From assembly GCA_963719515.1 (NCBI GenBank), contig CAVRCJ010000003.1, positions 65,705 through 129,704 of the forward strand: a stretch of DNA of 64,000 bases, in the 5' to 3' direction. The position numbers were made by a program, and so were the translations under genes. This document shows, piece after piece, positions 37,927-48,543 of this stretch. Position 1 is the stretch's first letter; every line of letters begins with the position of its first letter. A model generated the notes under the pieces. It was not told where the DNA came from, ran no database searches, and saw only the letters and a list, made by a program, of their open reading frames with translations. The DNA comes from an uncultured cyanobacterium (GTDB lineage Bacteria; Cyanobacteriota; Cyanobacteriia; CAKZMO01).

Positions 37927-38682
37927 TCATTTTGATAAATTGGGTGCCACCACCTCAGGGAAGCTCTTAAAGTTGTGCTGCACCCAATCCATGCCCACTT
38001 CATTATTGAGCTTAATGCCCTTGGGGGTATCTGGATAGATTTTCCTTAGAATATCCGCATCTTGGTCTACAGCGGCCTTACCGAACTTGAGGTAGGCCTT
38101 GCTCAGGGGTTTGAGGGCGGGATGTCTGGCCTGACCAAACAGCAAAACGTATGTCCTGGTCCGGTTTTCTGCCTCTGGCACAAAAAAGTGGCACTGCGCG
38201 AGCTCACCCAGCGGCGACTCTGCGCGAAAGATCACTAGGGAAGGAAAATGATTTTCCAGATGGGCCTTGAGCGTGGTTGGCAGCAGAAACAAATCCGGCT
38301 GCCTCAGCTTTTCTGCCAGGCTATAGGGAGCCGTGGGCATATCGTAAAAGGCTTCGGACGTATACCCGTTGTCGATAAATCGGCGAAAAACCGCCGTAAT
38401 GCGAAACAAGTCCCGGTGGGTTCCATTTTGGTGATTGTAGTCGTGCATATTCAGCAGCATTGTGAGCAAATCGGTCTCGACGCTCTGGTCTGCCGTATGG
38501 CCGATGAAGTCATAATCGGCTGCGATCGCCTCCATGACGTCAGGAATCGGAATTTTGGGCTCGTGCTCACCGTAGGAGCAAATGAAATCCCTCTGAATCG
38601 TCAGCGCCAGAGGATTCAGCTGAGGCAGCGCTTTTACCCAACGCGGCAAATTTTTCAGTCCATCGACGAAAGCATGACCCAA
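37927..38682 (-). CDS. Hypothetical protein, possibly a truncated oxygenase-type catalytic domain
   Basis: 251-aa ORF that is open only from a TTG. FFVPEAENRTRTYVLLF and VDQDADILRKI resemble the C-terminal part of VanA/PaO-type Rieske oxygenases, but no Rieske domain is present. This is a weak call. Confidence 0.35.
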   Translation of the reverse strand: MGHAFVDGLKNLPRWVKALPQLNPLALTIQRDFICSYGEHEPKIPIPDVMEAIAADYDFIGHTADQSVETDLLTMLLNMHDYNHQNGTHRDLFRITAVFRRFIDNGYTSEAFYDMPTAPYSLAEKLRQPDLFLLPTTLKAHLENHFPSLVIFRAESPLGELAQCHFFVPEAENRTRTYVLLFGQARHPALKPLSKAYLKFGKAAVDQDADILRKIYPDTPKGIKLNNEVGMDWVQHNFKSFPEVVAPNLSK

Positions 38683-38910
38683 GAGGCGATCGCCTTTATG
38701 GCGAGCATTTTCCTAGAGCGTCGTCCTACGTTGGGGCAGACGCAGTGTGATTTACTGGCCGAGGTCTGCGTCCACAGCGGCAACGCGGTAGTTCTAGCCG
38801 CCCTGCGCAGCGCTGAGCTAGAGCACCGCCAGCAGTTGGTTCAACAAATCGAGGCCCTCCTCGTGTCGTATTTGGAGCCGCATTTGGGGGATGACCAGTC
38901 GAACTATGTA

Positions 38911-39042
38911 ATGAAAGTAATGATTTGCCCTCACTGCCAATCTAGCCAGCTGTCTAAAAACGGACGCCGCCGGGGTAAGCAGTGCTACCTCTGCAAGGAC
39001 TGCGGCAAACAGTTTGTGGAGAATTCGTCGCGCCTGCAGTAG
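38911..39042 (+). pseudogene. IS1-family transposase N-terminal zinc-finger fragment
   Basis: The 43-codon ORF MKVMICPHCQSSQLSKNGRRRGKQCYLCKDCGKQFVENSSRLQ* matches the InsA-type CxxC..CxxC finger. The rest of the transposase is absent. Confidence 0.4.
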
Positions 39043-39180
39043 AGAGGCGCGATCGCCCACCCTTCAGCTCGCCACATCATAAACTTTAGGGTCATTTTTT
39101 CTACGCTGACCCCGTCTGGGTATATCGTTCAGGTATGCGGTGCGCTGCGCCGAATGTAACAGTTTCAAAGAGCTAGCCCC

Positions 39181-39831
39181 ATGACCTCAGAATCTACTCC
39201 CATTGAGCATCAGGACGTTCCCGAAGCGCATCAGGGGCTCCACAGCTTTTTGTATTCCTCTGATGATGAGCATGGCGTAAATTCCGCCGGCACCGCGCCG
39301 CCCGTTCAAGGTGCCGAAACGCCCGTTGACGTTGAGGCTTGGTGCGACGACGCTCAAAACGCTAAGGTCGCCGGAGTCTACGCCGTGCTGGATAGCGATC
39401 GCCAGCCCCAGTTCATCGGCTACTCCCGCAACGTTACCCGCTCCCTGCGCGGCCACCTAGCCCAAAAAGGCGACGTCTGCGCTCTGGTGCGAGTGCAGCC
39501 CTTCCAGTTTCCCAAGCGAGACGCCATGGAAGCCCTGCGGGACGAGTGGGTGGCCGCGCTGCCTAGCCCGCCCCCCGGCAACGTAGACGAGGCTTGGGCC
39601 GGGACAATTCGAGAAGCCCAGGCTCAGACGATGTCTGCCGCTGAGCGTCAGGCCTATGAAGAGAAAAAGCTGAAGCTGCGCCGCGCTATGGCGGACGGAT
39701 CGCTGTCGCAGGATGAAGTGAAGACGCAGGCGGAAGCGCGACAGGATTTGGCGGCGGCGGTCAATGATGACAACTGGAGCGCCGTGATTCGCGAACAAAC
39801 TCAAGAAACGCGGTCAACTGGCCTCGATTAG
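39181..39831 (+). CDS. Conserved protein with a GIY-YIG-like N-terminal motif
   Basis: 216-aa ORF. GVYAVLDSDRQPQFIGYSRNVTRSLRGHL resembles the GIY-YIG core. The C-terminal part is charged and helical. Confidence 0.45.
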   Translation: MTSESTPIEHQDVPEAHQGLHSFLYSSDDEHGVNSAGTAPPVQGAETPVDVEAWCDDAQNAKVAGVYAVLDSDRQPQFIGYSRNVTRSLRGHLAQKGDVCALVRVQPFQFPKRDAMEALRDEWVAALPSPPPGNVDEAWAGTIREAQAQTMSAAERQAYEEKKLKLRRAMADGSLSQDEVKTQAEARQDLAAAVNDDNWSAVIREQTQETRSTGLD

Positions 39832-40455
39832 TACAGATAGAGCATTCTTGGCGTGCTCCGCTCCATTCGAGTTTCCCTCAATCGTAGCGACAAGACTGGC
39901 CCCACCGATCAAGAGCAAATACTGCTGTGAGAAGATCTCAGGGTTTTTGACGCCGGCTTCCGCAGCTAGGCGCATCACATACTGGCGGATAGACTCTCTC
40001 ACATTCACGGAAGTTTGATGCGCCGGATGGGCTGCATCTGCAAGCTCCAAGACAGCGTTGATGAACGGGCAGCCTCGAAAGCTCGGGTCAGCGTACCAAT
40101 TTTGCAGCACATCAAAGGTGGCCAGCAGCCGCTCTTTAGCGATGTTGCCGCGATCTTCAACGGCAGACTCAAACCACTGGAGCCACTGCACCGCCCGGTA
40201 TTCATCACCATGAGGTCGAAGCCACTTTGGTTTCAGGAAAACCGAAGCAACAGGGTGTGAGAACCGTATTTTGTAGCCTTCATTTTGGTTTGTACTGCTC
40301 AGCGCAGTAGGGGAATCTCGTCTGGTTACCCAAAAAATAGTCTTGCATAATCGAGTTGTTGAGACGTTAAAACCTGTAGCGTAAGCCCAACTTTGCGATC
40401 GCTTCACCGCTTCGTCTCTTGCAACGACTACTATCCAAAGAGACAAAACCAGCAT
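39814..40455 (-). pseudogene. TetR/AcrR-family regulator remnant (C-terminal ligand domain intact, HTH region degenerate)
   Basis: ERLLATFDVLQNWYADPSFRGCPFINAVLELAD...AGVKNPEIFSQQYLLLIGGA is a typical TetR C-domain. The expected N-terminal HTH is not readable in this frame, although pieces such as EAIAKLGL appear in another frame. Confidence 0.5.
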
Positions 40456-42223
40456 GAAAACGGCAACCCTCTCCCACGCGGCCTACAGCACTTTTATTGA
40501 GCAGGTCAGCGGTCAGCAAGTGCTGCGCGTGACCTTTAAACCCCATCGAATTGAATATTGCCTCAAGCCTGACTATGGCTACAAGCGGTTTTACACCAAT
40601 AAACCAGCGGGCAACACCGACGATATTCCCGCCCTGCTGCGGACTCACGGCGTTGAATTTTCGGCGCCGAGCGCTGACCTGGGGGTTATCACAGGGCTAC
40701 TGGGGCTCCTTTCAACAGGGGCGCTGCTGGGAGCAGCTTGGTTGATGAAAGAAAATGCTGGGGGAGCCGGGATGGGTGCCGTGCCAGGCAAGACCAAAGC
40801 AAGAACCTACAGCCCTAGCAAAGGTAGCAGCAAGCGAATCACCTTTGCCGATGTGGCGGGGGTTGATGAGGCTAAGCAGGAGCTTCAAGAAGTGGTTGGC
40901 TTCCTCAAAGATGGGGAGAAGTACCGCAAGATTGGGGCGAAGATGCCGAAGGGAGTACTGCTAGTGGGGCCTCCGGGAACGGGTAAAACTTTGCTGGCAA
41001 AGGCGGTAGCGGGAGAGGCCAACGTACCCTTTTTAAGCATGGCCGCGTCGGAATTTGTGGAGCTTTACGTGGGTGTGGGCGCATCGCGGGTGCGGGATCT
41101 GTTCAATAAAGCCAAGCGGCAAGCGCCCTGCATTGTTTTTATTGATGAGCTAGACGCCATTGGCAAATCTCGGGGCGGCAACCCTCAAGGTGGGAATGAC
41201 GAGCGGGAGCAGACCTTAAACCAGCTGTTAACAGAAATGGATGGGTTCGACGGTAACGAAGGCGTGATCCTGATTGCCGCTACCAACCGCCCTGAAATTC
41301 TCGACCCGGCCCTGAAGCGAGCGGGACGCTTTGACCGCCAGGTGTTGGTAGATCGCCCCGATAAAAGCGGGCGTCTGGAGATTTTGCAGGTGCATTCTCG
41401 CCAGGTGCTGATGGGCGGGGACGTAGATTTGGAGGCGATCGCCGCTCAAACCTCAGGCTTTGCCGGAGCGGATCTGGCCAACTTGATCAATGAAGCGGCC
41501 CTGCTGGCGGCGCGCAACAACCGCGAGGCGGTGATGATGGCGGATGTGAGAGAAGCCATTGAGCGCGTGGTGGCGGGGCTGGAAAAGCGATCGCGCATTC
41601 TCTCCCCCACAGAGCGCAAGACTGTGGCCTACCACGAAGTGGGTCACGCTATCGTCGGCGCGCTGATGCCCGGCGGGTCTAAGGTCTCGAAGATCTCCAT
41701 CGTTCCCCGGGGCCGAGGAGCCTTGGGCTATACGATGCAAACTCCCGAAGGCGATCGCTTTTTGATTTTAGAAGATGAGCTGCGGGGCCAACTTGCCACG
41801 CTGTTGGGCGGGCGCTCGGCGGAGGAGGTGGTGTTCGGTAAAGTGTCGTCCGGGGCCAGTGACGATATCCAAAAGGCGACGGACTTAGCAGAACGCGCCG
41901 TGACCCAGTACGGCATGGCCCGCGACTTGGGTCCCATTGCCTTTGAGAAAAGCCAGTCGCAGTTCCTGGACAATGGCAGCACCCGCCGTCCGATGGGGGG
42001 TGACGTTGCCGCCGAGATTGATCGGCTGGTAACGCAGTCGATTCACCACGCCCACGATATGGCGATCGCTATCTTGAACCTCAACCGTGATTTGCTAGAG
42101 TCTATGGCCCAGCAGCTTTTGGCGGATGATGTCCTAGAGGGCGAGCAGCTGAAGGAGATGCTGGCTCAGGCTCAAAACCCGGTGAATACGCAAATCTGGC
42201 TGGCGACGGGGCAAATGGCTTAG
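40454..42223 (+). CDS. ftsH: ATP-dependent zinc metalloprotease FtsH paralogue lacking the first TM segment
   Basis: Walker [14 protein letters not shown], Walker [32 protein letters not shown], and the zinc site HEVGHAIV. The ORF starts at YSTFIEQV of the periplasmic domain. An in-frame stop lies 72 nt upstream with no alternative start between. Confidence 0.9.
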   Translation: MKTATLSHAAYSTFIEQVSGQQVLRVTFKPHRIEYCLKPDYGYKRFYTNKPAGNTDDIPALLRTHGVEFSAPSADLGVITGLLGLLSTGALLGAAWLMKENAGGAGMGAVPGKTKARTYSPSKGSSKRITFADVAGVDEAKQELQEVVGFLKDGEKYRKIGAKMPKGVLLVGPPGTGKTLLAKAVAGEANVPFLSMAASEFVELYVGVGASRVRDLFNKAKRQAPCIVFIDELDAIGKSRGGNPQGGNDEREQTLNQLLTEMDGFDGNEGVILIAATNRPEILDPALKRAGRFDRQVLVDRPDKSGRLEILQVHSRQVLMGGDVDLEAIAAQTSGFAGADLANLINEAALLAARNNREAVMMADVREAIERVVAGLEKRSRILSPTERKTVAYHEVGHAIVGALMPGGSKVSKISIVPRGRGALGYTMQTPEGDRFLILEDELRGQLATLLGGRSAEEVVFGKVSSGASDDIQKATDLAERAVTQYGMARDLGPIAFEKSQSQFLDNGSTRRPMGGDVAAEIDRLVTQSIHHAHDMAIAILNLNRDLLESMAQQLLADDVLEGEQLKEMLAQAQNPVNTQIWLATGQMA

Positions 42224-42242
42224 GAGTATTGCGCTGGTTCAG

Positions 42243-42331
42243 TTGCTTAGGACACCAGAAACGGCTGAAAGTCTGACGTTGTGTAGGCAACTGAACGCGC
42301 AAATGTCCTAATGCCTCAGGATATTTGCTAT
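42243..42331 (+). repeat. 89-nt dispersed element, copy 1 (just after the ftsH stop)
   Basis: The ends ttgcttaggaca ... cgcgcaaatgtcctaatgcctcaggatatttgctat match the reverse complement of 57947-58034. It contains inverted copies of gcttaggaca. Confidence 0.6.
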
Positions 42332-42431
42332 CCCGTATACCGCCATATCATCGTATTGGTAGGGACAGAATGTCGTGTCCCTACCAGATCCACGTTGAGA
42401 GCTCCTCTAGCCGACCTAGTGAATCCTTAGA

Positions 42432-43727
42432 TCATCTACAACCTGCACTCACTGGGCTAAAGACTGGCGCAGGTTGCCACGCTCTTGCCGTATCTAGCAG
42501 GTATTTTTCGACAAAGGTTTCTAGGCCAGATCGAGAAACATGCTCCATTGTGAAAATGTGCGTATAATCTCCCTCCGCAGCACTATAGCGAGGCAAGTGG
42601 TACTCTCGGGCAAGTTGAGGAGACGGTGCCGGTAGAACGGCACAGGGGGAATGGCTATTGCACCAGGCTGAAACGCCATTCTGGCGCAGTAAATCGACCA
42701 ACCACGCTGCTTTATCAATTACCCGCTGAGTTCTTTTACGCATCTCTGAATGGCCTAGATGCTTTAACTTCATCAGGGTGATGAAGGGAGACAGTCCATC
42801 GCGGGAGCCGCCAAGGGTGGTGTCGTACGAGGAATAATGCTCAGCGTAGAGAGAAGGCGGCAAGTTCTGGAGGCTACTTTTTCGGGCAATGAAAAGCGAG
42901 CCAGGTAAAGGAATACCCAGTCTTTTGTGAAAGCTGACGGATAGAGAATCTGCCTCCAAGATCCGAAAGTCTAATTTAATGGGTTCCCCCATTAAGAAAG
43001 GGGTAACCATTCCCCCTAGGGCCGCATCAATGTGCAAGTGGTAATCATCAGGTTCAATACCACAGCCAGAGATGACCTGAAGCAGCTCTTCAGAATTGTC
43101 GTAGGCCCCTTTGGTTACAGAGCCGGAACAAAACGCAAAGATGTAGTTTTTTCTATTGAGCGCTTTTAGCTGCTCTTCAAGATGGTCCGGCAGCATCCTC
43201 CCCTGCAAATCCGTCTTTATCTTGACAAGCTCTTTGCATCTAGTGACAACTGCAGCTTTCTCAAAGCTATTGTGAGATTCTTCAGAAATGATAATGGTCG
43301 GTTCTTCAAACCGCCTCATGCCTAAATGCACGCCATGCATGTTTGAGAGCGTTGACCCAGGATTGTAGTATCCCCAACTATTATCTGAGCTTAGATGCAG
43401 TAGAGAAGAAACCAAGCTGACCAACTCTCTCTCATAGTCAAAAGTCACTAAATGTCCGCCTTGGCCGGAGAAAGGATCTCCTAAATTGTTAAGGGTGTGC
43501 GATAAGAGCGGAGCAAACATCTGACAATCTCGAACATCCTGGTTAATTTGGATACCAAAGCACTTATGCTGCTCTTGGTCCAAAAAATGCAAGAATGCCT
43601 TAACTTCTTGCTGAACTCGATCGAGGCTTAATCCTGGAAGAGCATCCATGGGCGATGAGAAGTTAGTTTTCAGAGCAATACATACCGCGAAAATATAATT
43701 CGCGTATACCGTGTTTTCTACAGTCAC
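42432..43727 (-). CDS. Group II PLP-dependent decarboxylase (histidine-decarboxylase-like)
   Basis: 431-aa ORF with SWGYYNPGSTLSNMHG, HIDAALGG, SVSFHKRLGIP (the PLP lysine) and GGSRDG. It has a GTG start. An ATG at residue 27 is an alternative. Confidence 0.8.
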   Translation of the reverse strand: MTVENTVYANYIFAVCIALKTNFSSPMDALPGLSLDRVQQEVKAFLHFLDQEQHKCFGIQINQDVRDCQMFAPLLSHTLNNLGDPFSGQGGHLVTFDYERELVSLVSSLLHLSSDNSWGYYNPGSTLSNMHGVHLGMRRFEEPTIIISEESHNSFEKAAVVTRCKELVKIKTDLQGRMLPDHLEEQLKALNRKNYIFAFCSGSVTKGAYDNSEELLQVISGCGIEPDDYHLHIDAALGGMVTPFLMGEPIKLDFRILEADSLSVSFHKRLGIPLPGSLFIARKSSLQNLPPSLYAEHYSSYDTTLGGSRDGLSPFITLMKLKHLGHSEMRKRTQRVIDKAAWLVDLLRQNGVSAWCNSHSPCAVLPAPSPQLAREYHLPRYSAAEGDYTHIFTMEHVSRSGLETFVEKYLLDTARAWQPAPVFSPVSAGCR

Positions 43728-44009
43728 GCTTTGATGGTCCTGCAGAAGTTAGGTAGGATTGGCGTTGTCTATCAATAGTCATGCCAGTCTTCAGGTCCCC
43801 ATTTCTGAAAATGGTCCGCTATATGAATTATTTTTTATAAGAGAGAAATTCTAAGGATAGTTATGGACAGCTCGTTGCGTTGACAAGACTGCGAAATATT
43901 TCGCCACTATTGCCGCATTATTCGAACATGACGACAAGGCAATATAGATATTCTGTCGATTTAAATATAATTTAGCTATAGATTTGTACTGACGATAACG
44001 GGGGGCTTC

Positions 44010-44246
44010 ATGTCTGGTTCTACTGAGCGCGAGCCCGTTAAGGCTGGCAATATTGTCTACCTGAAAAACAGGAGTGGCCAATACCTGACTTTGGCTGATG
44101 CGGGTAGAACCAAACGGTACTACTGGCCAAGATTAAGCGCCAATATAGAAAAGAAAGCCGCTACTTCGGAACACCGTAATCCAAAATTTGGCGAGATGAT
44201 GGATGCGATCGCTGAATTTGAACAAGCGATGACGGAGAAAATTTAA
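44010..44246 (+). CDS. Small hypothetical protein
   Basis: 78-aa ORF in an AT-rich islet. No family recognised. Confidence 0.3.
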   Translation: MSGSTEREPVKAGNIVYLKNRSGQYLTLADAGRTKRYYWPRLSANIEKKAATSEHRNPKFGEMMDAIAEFEQAMTEKI

Positions 44247-44338
44247 ATAGAGCAGGAACGCCCTAGCTTCAAGCGCTGCGTGAGCGTTTCTAATCTCAAG
44301 AACGGCCTACTTATAATGAAGGGATAGAGCCTGTGCCC

Positions 44339-44671
44339 CTAACGCCGCCTATTGGGTGGCCCAAACAGGCCAAACCATCCTGGACTCGGCTTATCAGCCC
44401 TACGAGCGTGATGGTGCTCAGCCCTAGTGCGGCCTACGGAATTACCGCCGAGAAACCGGGACAGCATGGTCACGGGTTTGAGCAGCCGCTCATCGGTGTC
44501 TCCGCCCTCTATGACGGTTTTAATGGACCACCATTTAGAAAGTAAGCCCCCCGTCCAACCTGCCAGCGCCCCTAGGAAGATGCTCTGCACAGCCGAAAAT
44601 CCCGCTAGCCAGAAGCACAACAGAAAGACAAGCCAAAACTTTAGAGCTGCTGCAACTTTAATCATTAGCAA
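44339..44671 (-). CDS. Small hypothetical membrane protein
   Basis: 110-aa ORF with two or three hydrophobic segments (FWLVFLLCFWLAGF, IFLGALAGWTGGLL) and a basic tail. It competes with two plus-strand ORFs that look less protein-like. Confidence 0.35.
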   Translation of the reverse strand: MLMIKVAAALKFWLVFLLCFWLAGFSAVQSIFLGALAGWTGGLLSKWWSIKTVIEGGDTDERLLKPVTMLSRFLGGNSVGRTRAEHHHARRADKPSPGWFGLFGPPNRRR

Positions 44672-44701
44672 TAGGCGGTAGACAAATAATCAGGTGATGC
44701 C

Positions 44702-46237
44702 TTAGCGATCGCTACTGAGTGGCTCAAGCTGAGACGAAACGGGCTGAGTCGTATCGACGGCATGAACGTAGGGCTGCTCGTCCGCAGTAAAGGACTCGAA
44801 CGTCTGTTTCTCCATCACCTCTACCGTAGCATCTGCAATATCCTGCCGGGACCGGAGGCGATCGCTCCTCACGTCTTGGGGAGCCTCACAATGGACGATC
44901 TGTAGTGGCACCTGACGGGCCTTAGCCTCAGTTAGGATTGCGGATCGCTGGGCAGCGCGATCGTATTTGGCATCTAGAATCACAGAATACCCCGCGTCAA
45001 TCAGCTTAAACGCCAGGTCAGCGAGCCTAGCGTAGGTCTTCTGCGTCATTTCGGGGGTGTAAAGGCTATCGTCCCCCTTTTGCTGTAGAGGGACGCCGCC
45101 TAGATGCTTACGGACGGCGTCGGAGCGGATTTGAATGGCTCCGGTGTGAGCCGCTAACTCCCGGCCCACGGTGGATTTACCGCTGCCCGACAGCCCACTC
45201 ATCAGGGTGAGGGTACCCTGGCTCGGTTGAGCATAGCGCCAGGCCAGCCGGTAGTAGCGGGCGGCGGTGGCGGTGGCGGCCTGCTTGTCCTCGGCGGAGA
45301 CGCTGGGGTCGCCCAGCAGGAACGAGGTCACCTTGGCCCGCACGTAGGTTTGGCGGCTGACATAGAGGGGCAAGACTTGCAGGCCCTCCCAGTCTCCGGT
45401 TTGCTCGACGTAGGCGTTGAGGAACAGGGTGCTGAGGTCGGGCCGCTCTCCCGCCTCTAGGTCCATGACGATGTAGGCCACGTCGAACATGACGTCGACG
45501 TAGCGAAAGGACTCGTTGAACTCAATGCAGTCAAACAGCAGATACTGGTCTTGCCAGTAGCAAATATTGTTAAGATGCAGGTCGCCGTGGCACTCCCGAA
45601 TCCAGCCGTTGTCGATGCGCGAGCGGAACAGGGGAGCTTGCTGCTCAAAGAAGCGATCGGTGTAGGCGCGGGTGTCGTCGAACTGCTGCTGGGTTTGAGG
45701 ACCGCCAATGTACTGCTCCGTCTGGTCGTAGTTTTCGTCGATGGACTGCCGCACCTGGGCAACTTCGCCAAAGCTACGCACGTAGTCGCTGGAGGGGGCC
45801 GCCTGGTGGAACGCTGCAATCTTGCTGGCCAGCGTCTGGAGCTGCTCCGGCCCCAGTCCCCGCTCGAAGTAGCGGCTCAGCAGAGTGTCTTGGGGAAACT
45901 GCCGCATCTTGACGGCGTATTCGACGGGTTCCCCATCGCCGCCCAAGATGTAGCGATCGCCTTGTTGAGCGATAGGTAAAACTTCCAGGTAGATCTCAGG
46001 CGCGCCGCGCTGGTTAAGGCGCAGTTCTTCATGGCAAAAGTGCTTACGCCGGTCCAGAGTTGAATAGTTCAAAAAGCCAAAGTCTAAAGGCTTTTTCACC
46101 TTGTAGGCAAATTCCCCCGTCAGCAGAACGTAGGAAATATGGGTTTGTACAAGCTGAATCGGCGTTTGAACCGCATGACTGTAAAAGTCAGGGCTCAGCA
46201 TCTGCTCGATCAAGGCTGGCCTGGTCGTATCGCTCAT
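44702..46237 (-). CDS. Bifunctional aminoglycoside-phosphotransferase-like kinase / P-loop (AAA_33-type) ATP-binding protein
   Basis: The N-terminal APH-like fold has HGDLHLNNI. The C-terminal P-loop is MSGLSGSGKSTVGREL. The start is placed at the ATG at 46237 (MSDTTRP). The ORF track extends to 46288. Confidence 0.7.
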   Translation of the reverse strand: MSDTTRPALIEQMLSPDFYSHAVQTPIQLVQTHISYVLLTGEFAYKVKKPLDFGFLNYSTLDRRKHFCHEELRLNQRGAPEIYLEVLPIAQQGDRYILGGDGEPVEYAVKMRQFPQDTLLSRYFERGLGPEQLQTLASKIAAFHQAAPSSDYVRSFGEVAQVRQSIDENYDQTEQYIGGPQTQQQFDDTRAYTDRFFEQQAPLFRSRIDNGWIRECHGDLHLNNICYWQDQYLLFDCIEFNESFRYVDVMFDVAYIVMDLEAGERPDLSTLFLNAYVEQTGDWEGLQVLPLYVSRQTYVRAKVTSFLLGDPSVSAEDKQAATATAARYYRLAWRYAQPSQGTLTLMSGLSGSGKSTVGRELAAHTGAIQIRSDAVRKHLGGVPLQQKGDDSLYTPEMTQKTYARLADLAFKLIDAGYSVILDAKYDRAAQRSAILTEAKARQVPLQIVHCEAPQDVRSDRLRSRQDIADATVEVMEKQTFESFTADEQPYVHAVDTTQPVSSQLEPLSSDR

Positions 46238-46353
46238 AGAGACTGGGTCAAGATAACAAAAGCCAGGAAAATTCCCTGGCTTGGACATTATTGCACTGAT
46301 TGCAGCGCTACATGCATTGAAGCGTTAGAGGGGTGCGCTTAGAACTTCAGGCT

Positions 46354-47007
46354 TTATTCTGCCTGAGCCGTCTCTGCGTCTAACTCATTAGTCGCCTCTG
46401 GCGCAGCCAAACCAGTGAGAGCGTCACTGGCCTCATCGGCTGCAGTAGGTAGGGTGGGAGACTGAACTGAGACTACCGTGCGCTGAGGATCGAGGGTCGA
46501 CTTGACTCCTTTGGGAAGAACGACGTCTTCGACGTGCAAAATATCTCCCACCTTAAGAAAGGAGATATCGACGTCAATGACCTCAGGAATCGCGGTGGGA
46601 TCACACTGAATAGGCATCTCGTTAACAATCGTATCGAGGATACCTTTTTCCTCCGTCACGCCCACAGCCTCGCCCGTAAAGTTGAGGGGTACAACGACGT
46701 CAACGGAAGACTGGTTGGCGACGGAGAAAAAGCTCAGAGAGTATATTGACCCGCGCCAGGGGTGCATCTGCGCCTCACGAATCAGCACCTGACCATCCCA
46801 TGACATATCGGGAATCGAGAGCTTAACGAGCGAGCCGTTGACGGTGGCGTAGCGCAGCAGGGTGGTCGCGTCCTTGGCGTCAATGGTCAAATCGATCGAA
46901 TTGCTGCCGTCGTGACCGTAGAGAGAGGCCGGAATGCGGCCTTCCCGGCGGAGCGCCCGCGGTTTGCTGCCGGGCGATCGCGTTTCGCAGTTGAGCGTGA
47001 GTTCCAT
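46354..47007 (-). CDS. rplY: 50S ribosomal protein L25 / general stress protein Ctc
   Basis: 217-aa ORF with the L25 N-terminus (LRREGRIPASLYG) and a Ctc-type C-terminal extension. Confidence 0.85.
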   Translation of the reverse strand: MELTLNCETRSPGSKPRALRREGRIPASLYGHDGSNSIDLTIDAKDATTLLRYATVNGSLVKLSIPDMSWDGQVLIREAQMHPWRGSIYSLSFFSVANQSSVDVVVPLNFTGEAVGVTEEKGILDTIVNEMPIQCDPTAIPEVIDVDISFLKVGDILHVEDVVLPKGVKSTLDPQRTVVSVQSPTLPTAADEASDALTGLAAPEATNELDAETAQAE

Positions 47008-47119
47008 AGTGGTGTGTCTCCCTCGATGTAGTTTTAGTGTTGTTGCAGTGTCGGTCTATTCACTAAGCTTGCCGGGCGCTAGCCTCGTCAAACTTTGGCA
47101 GGGTCAAACTTCGGCAGGG

Positions 47120-48475
<1,356 letters not shown>

Positions 48476-48543
48476 CTACTTAAAGTCACAAATTACAATT
48501 ATGCTCAAATATATGCAATTGTGTCAACTCATCGGAGATCACT

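Noticed and set aside
38248-38673. The first part of the 264-aa plus-strand ORF 38248-39042
   Set aside because: It is antisense to ORF 37927-38682 and has no protein-like features. Only the terminal zinc-finger stub (38911-39042) is recognisable.
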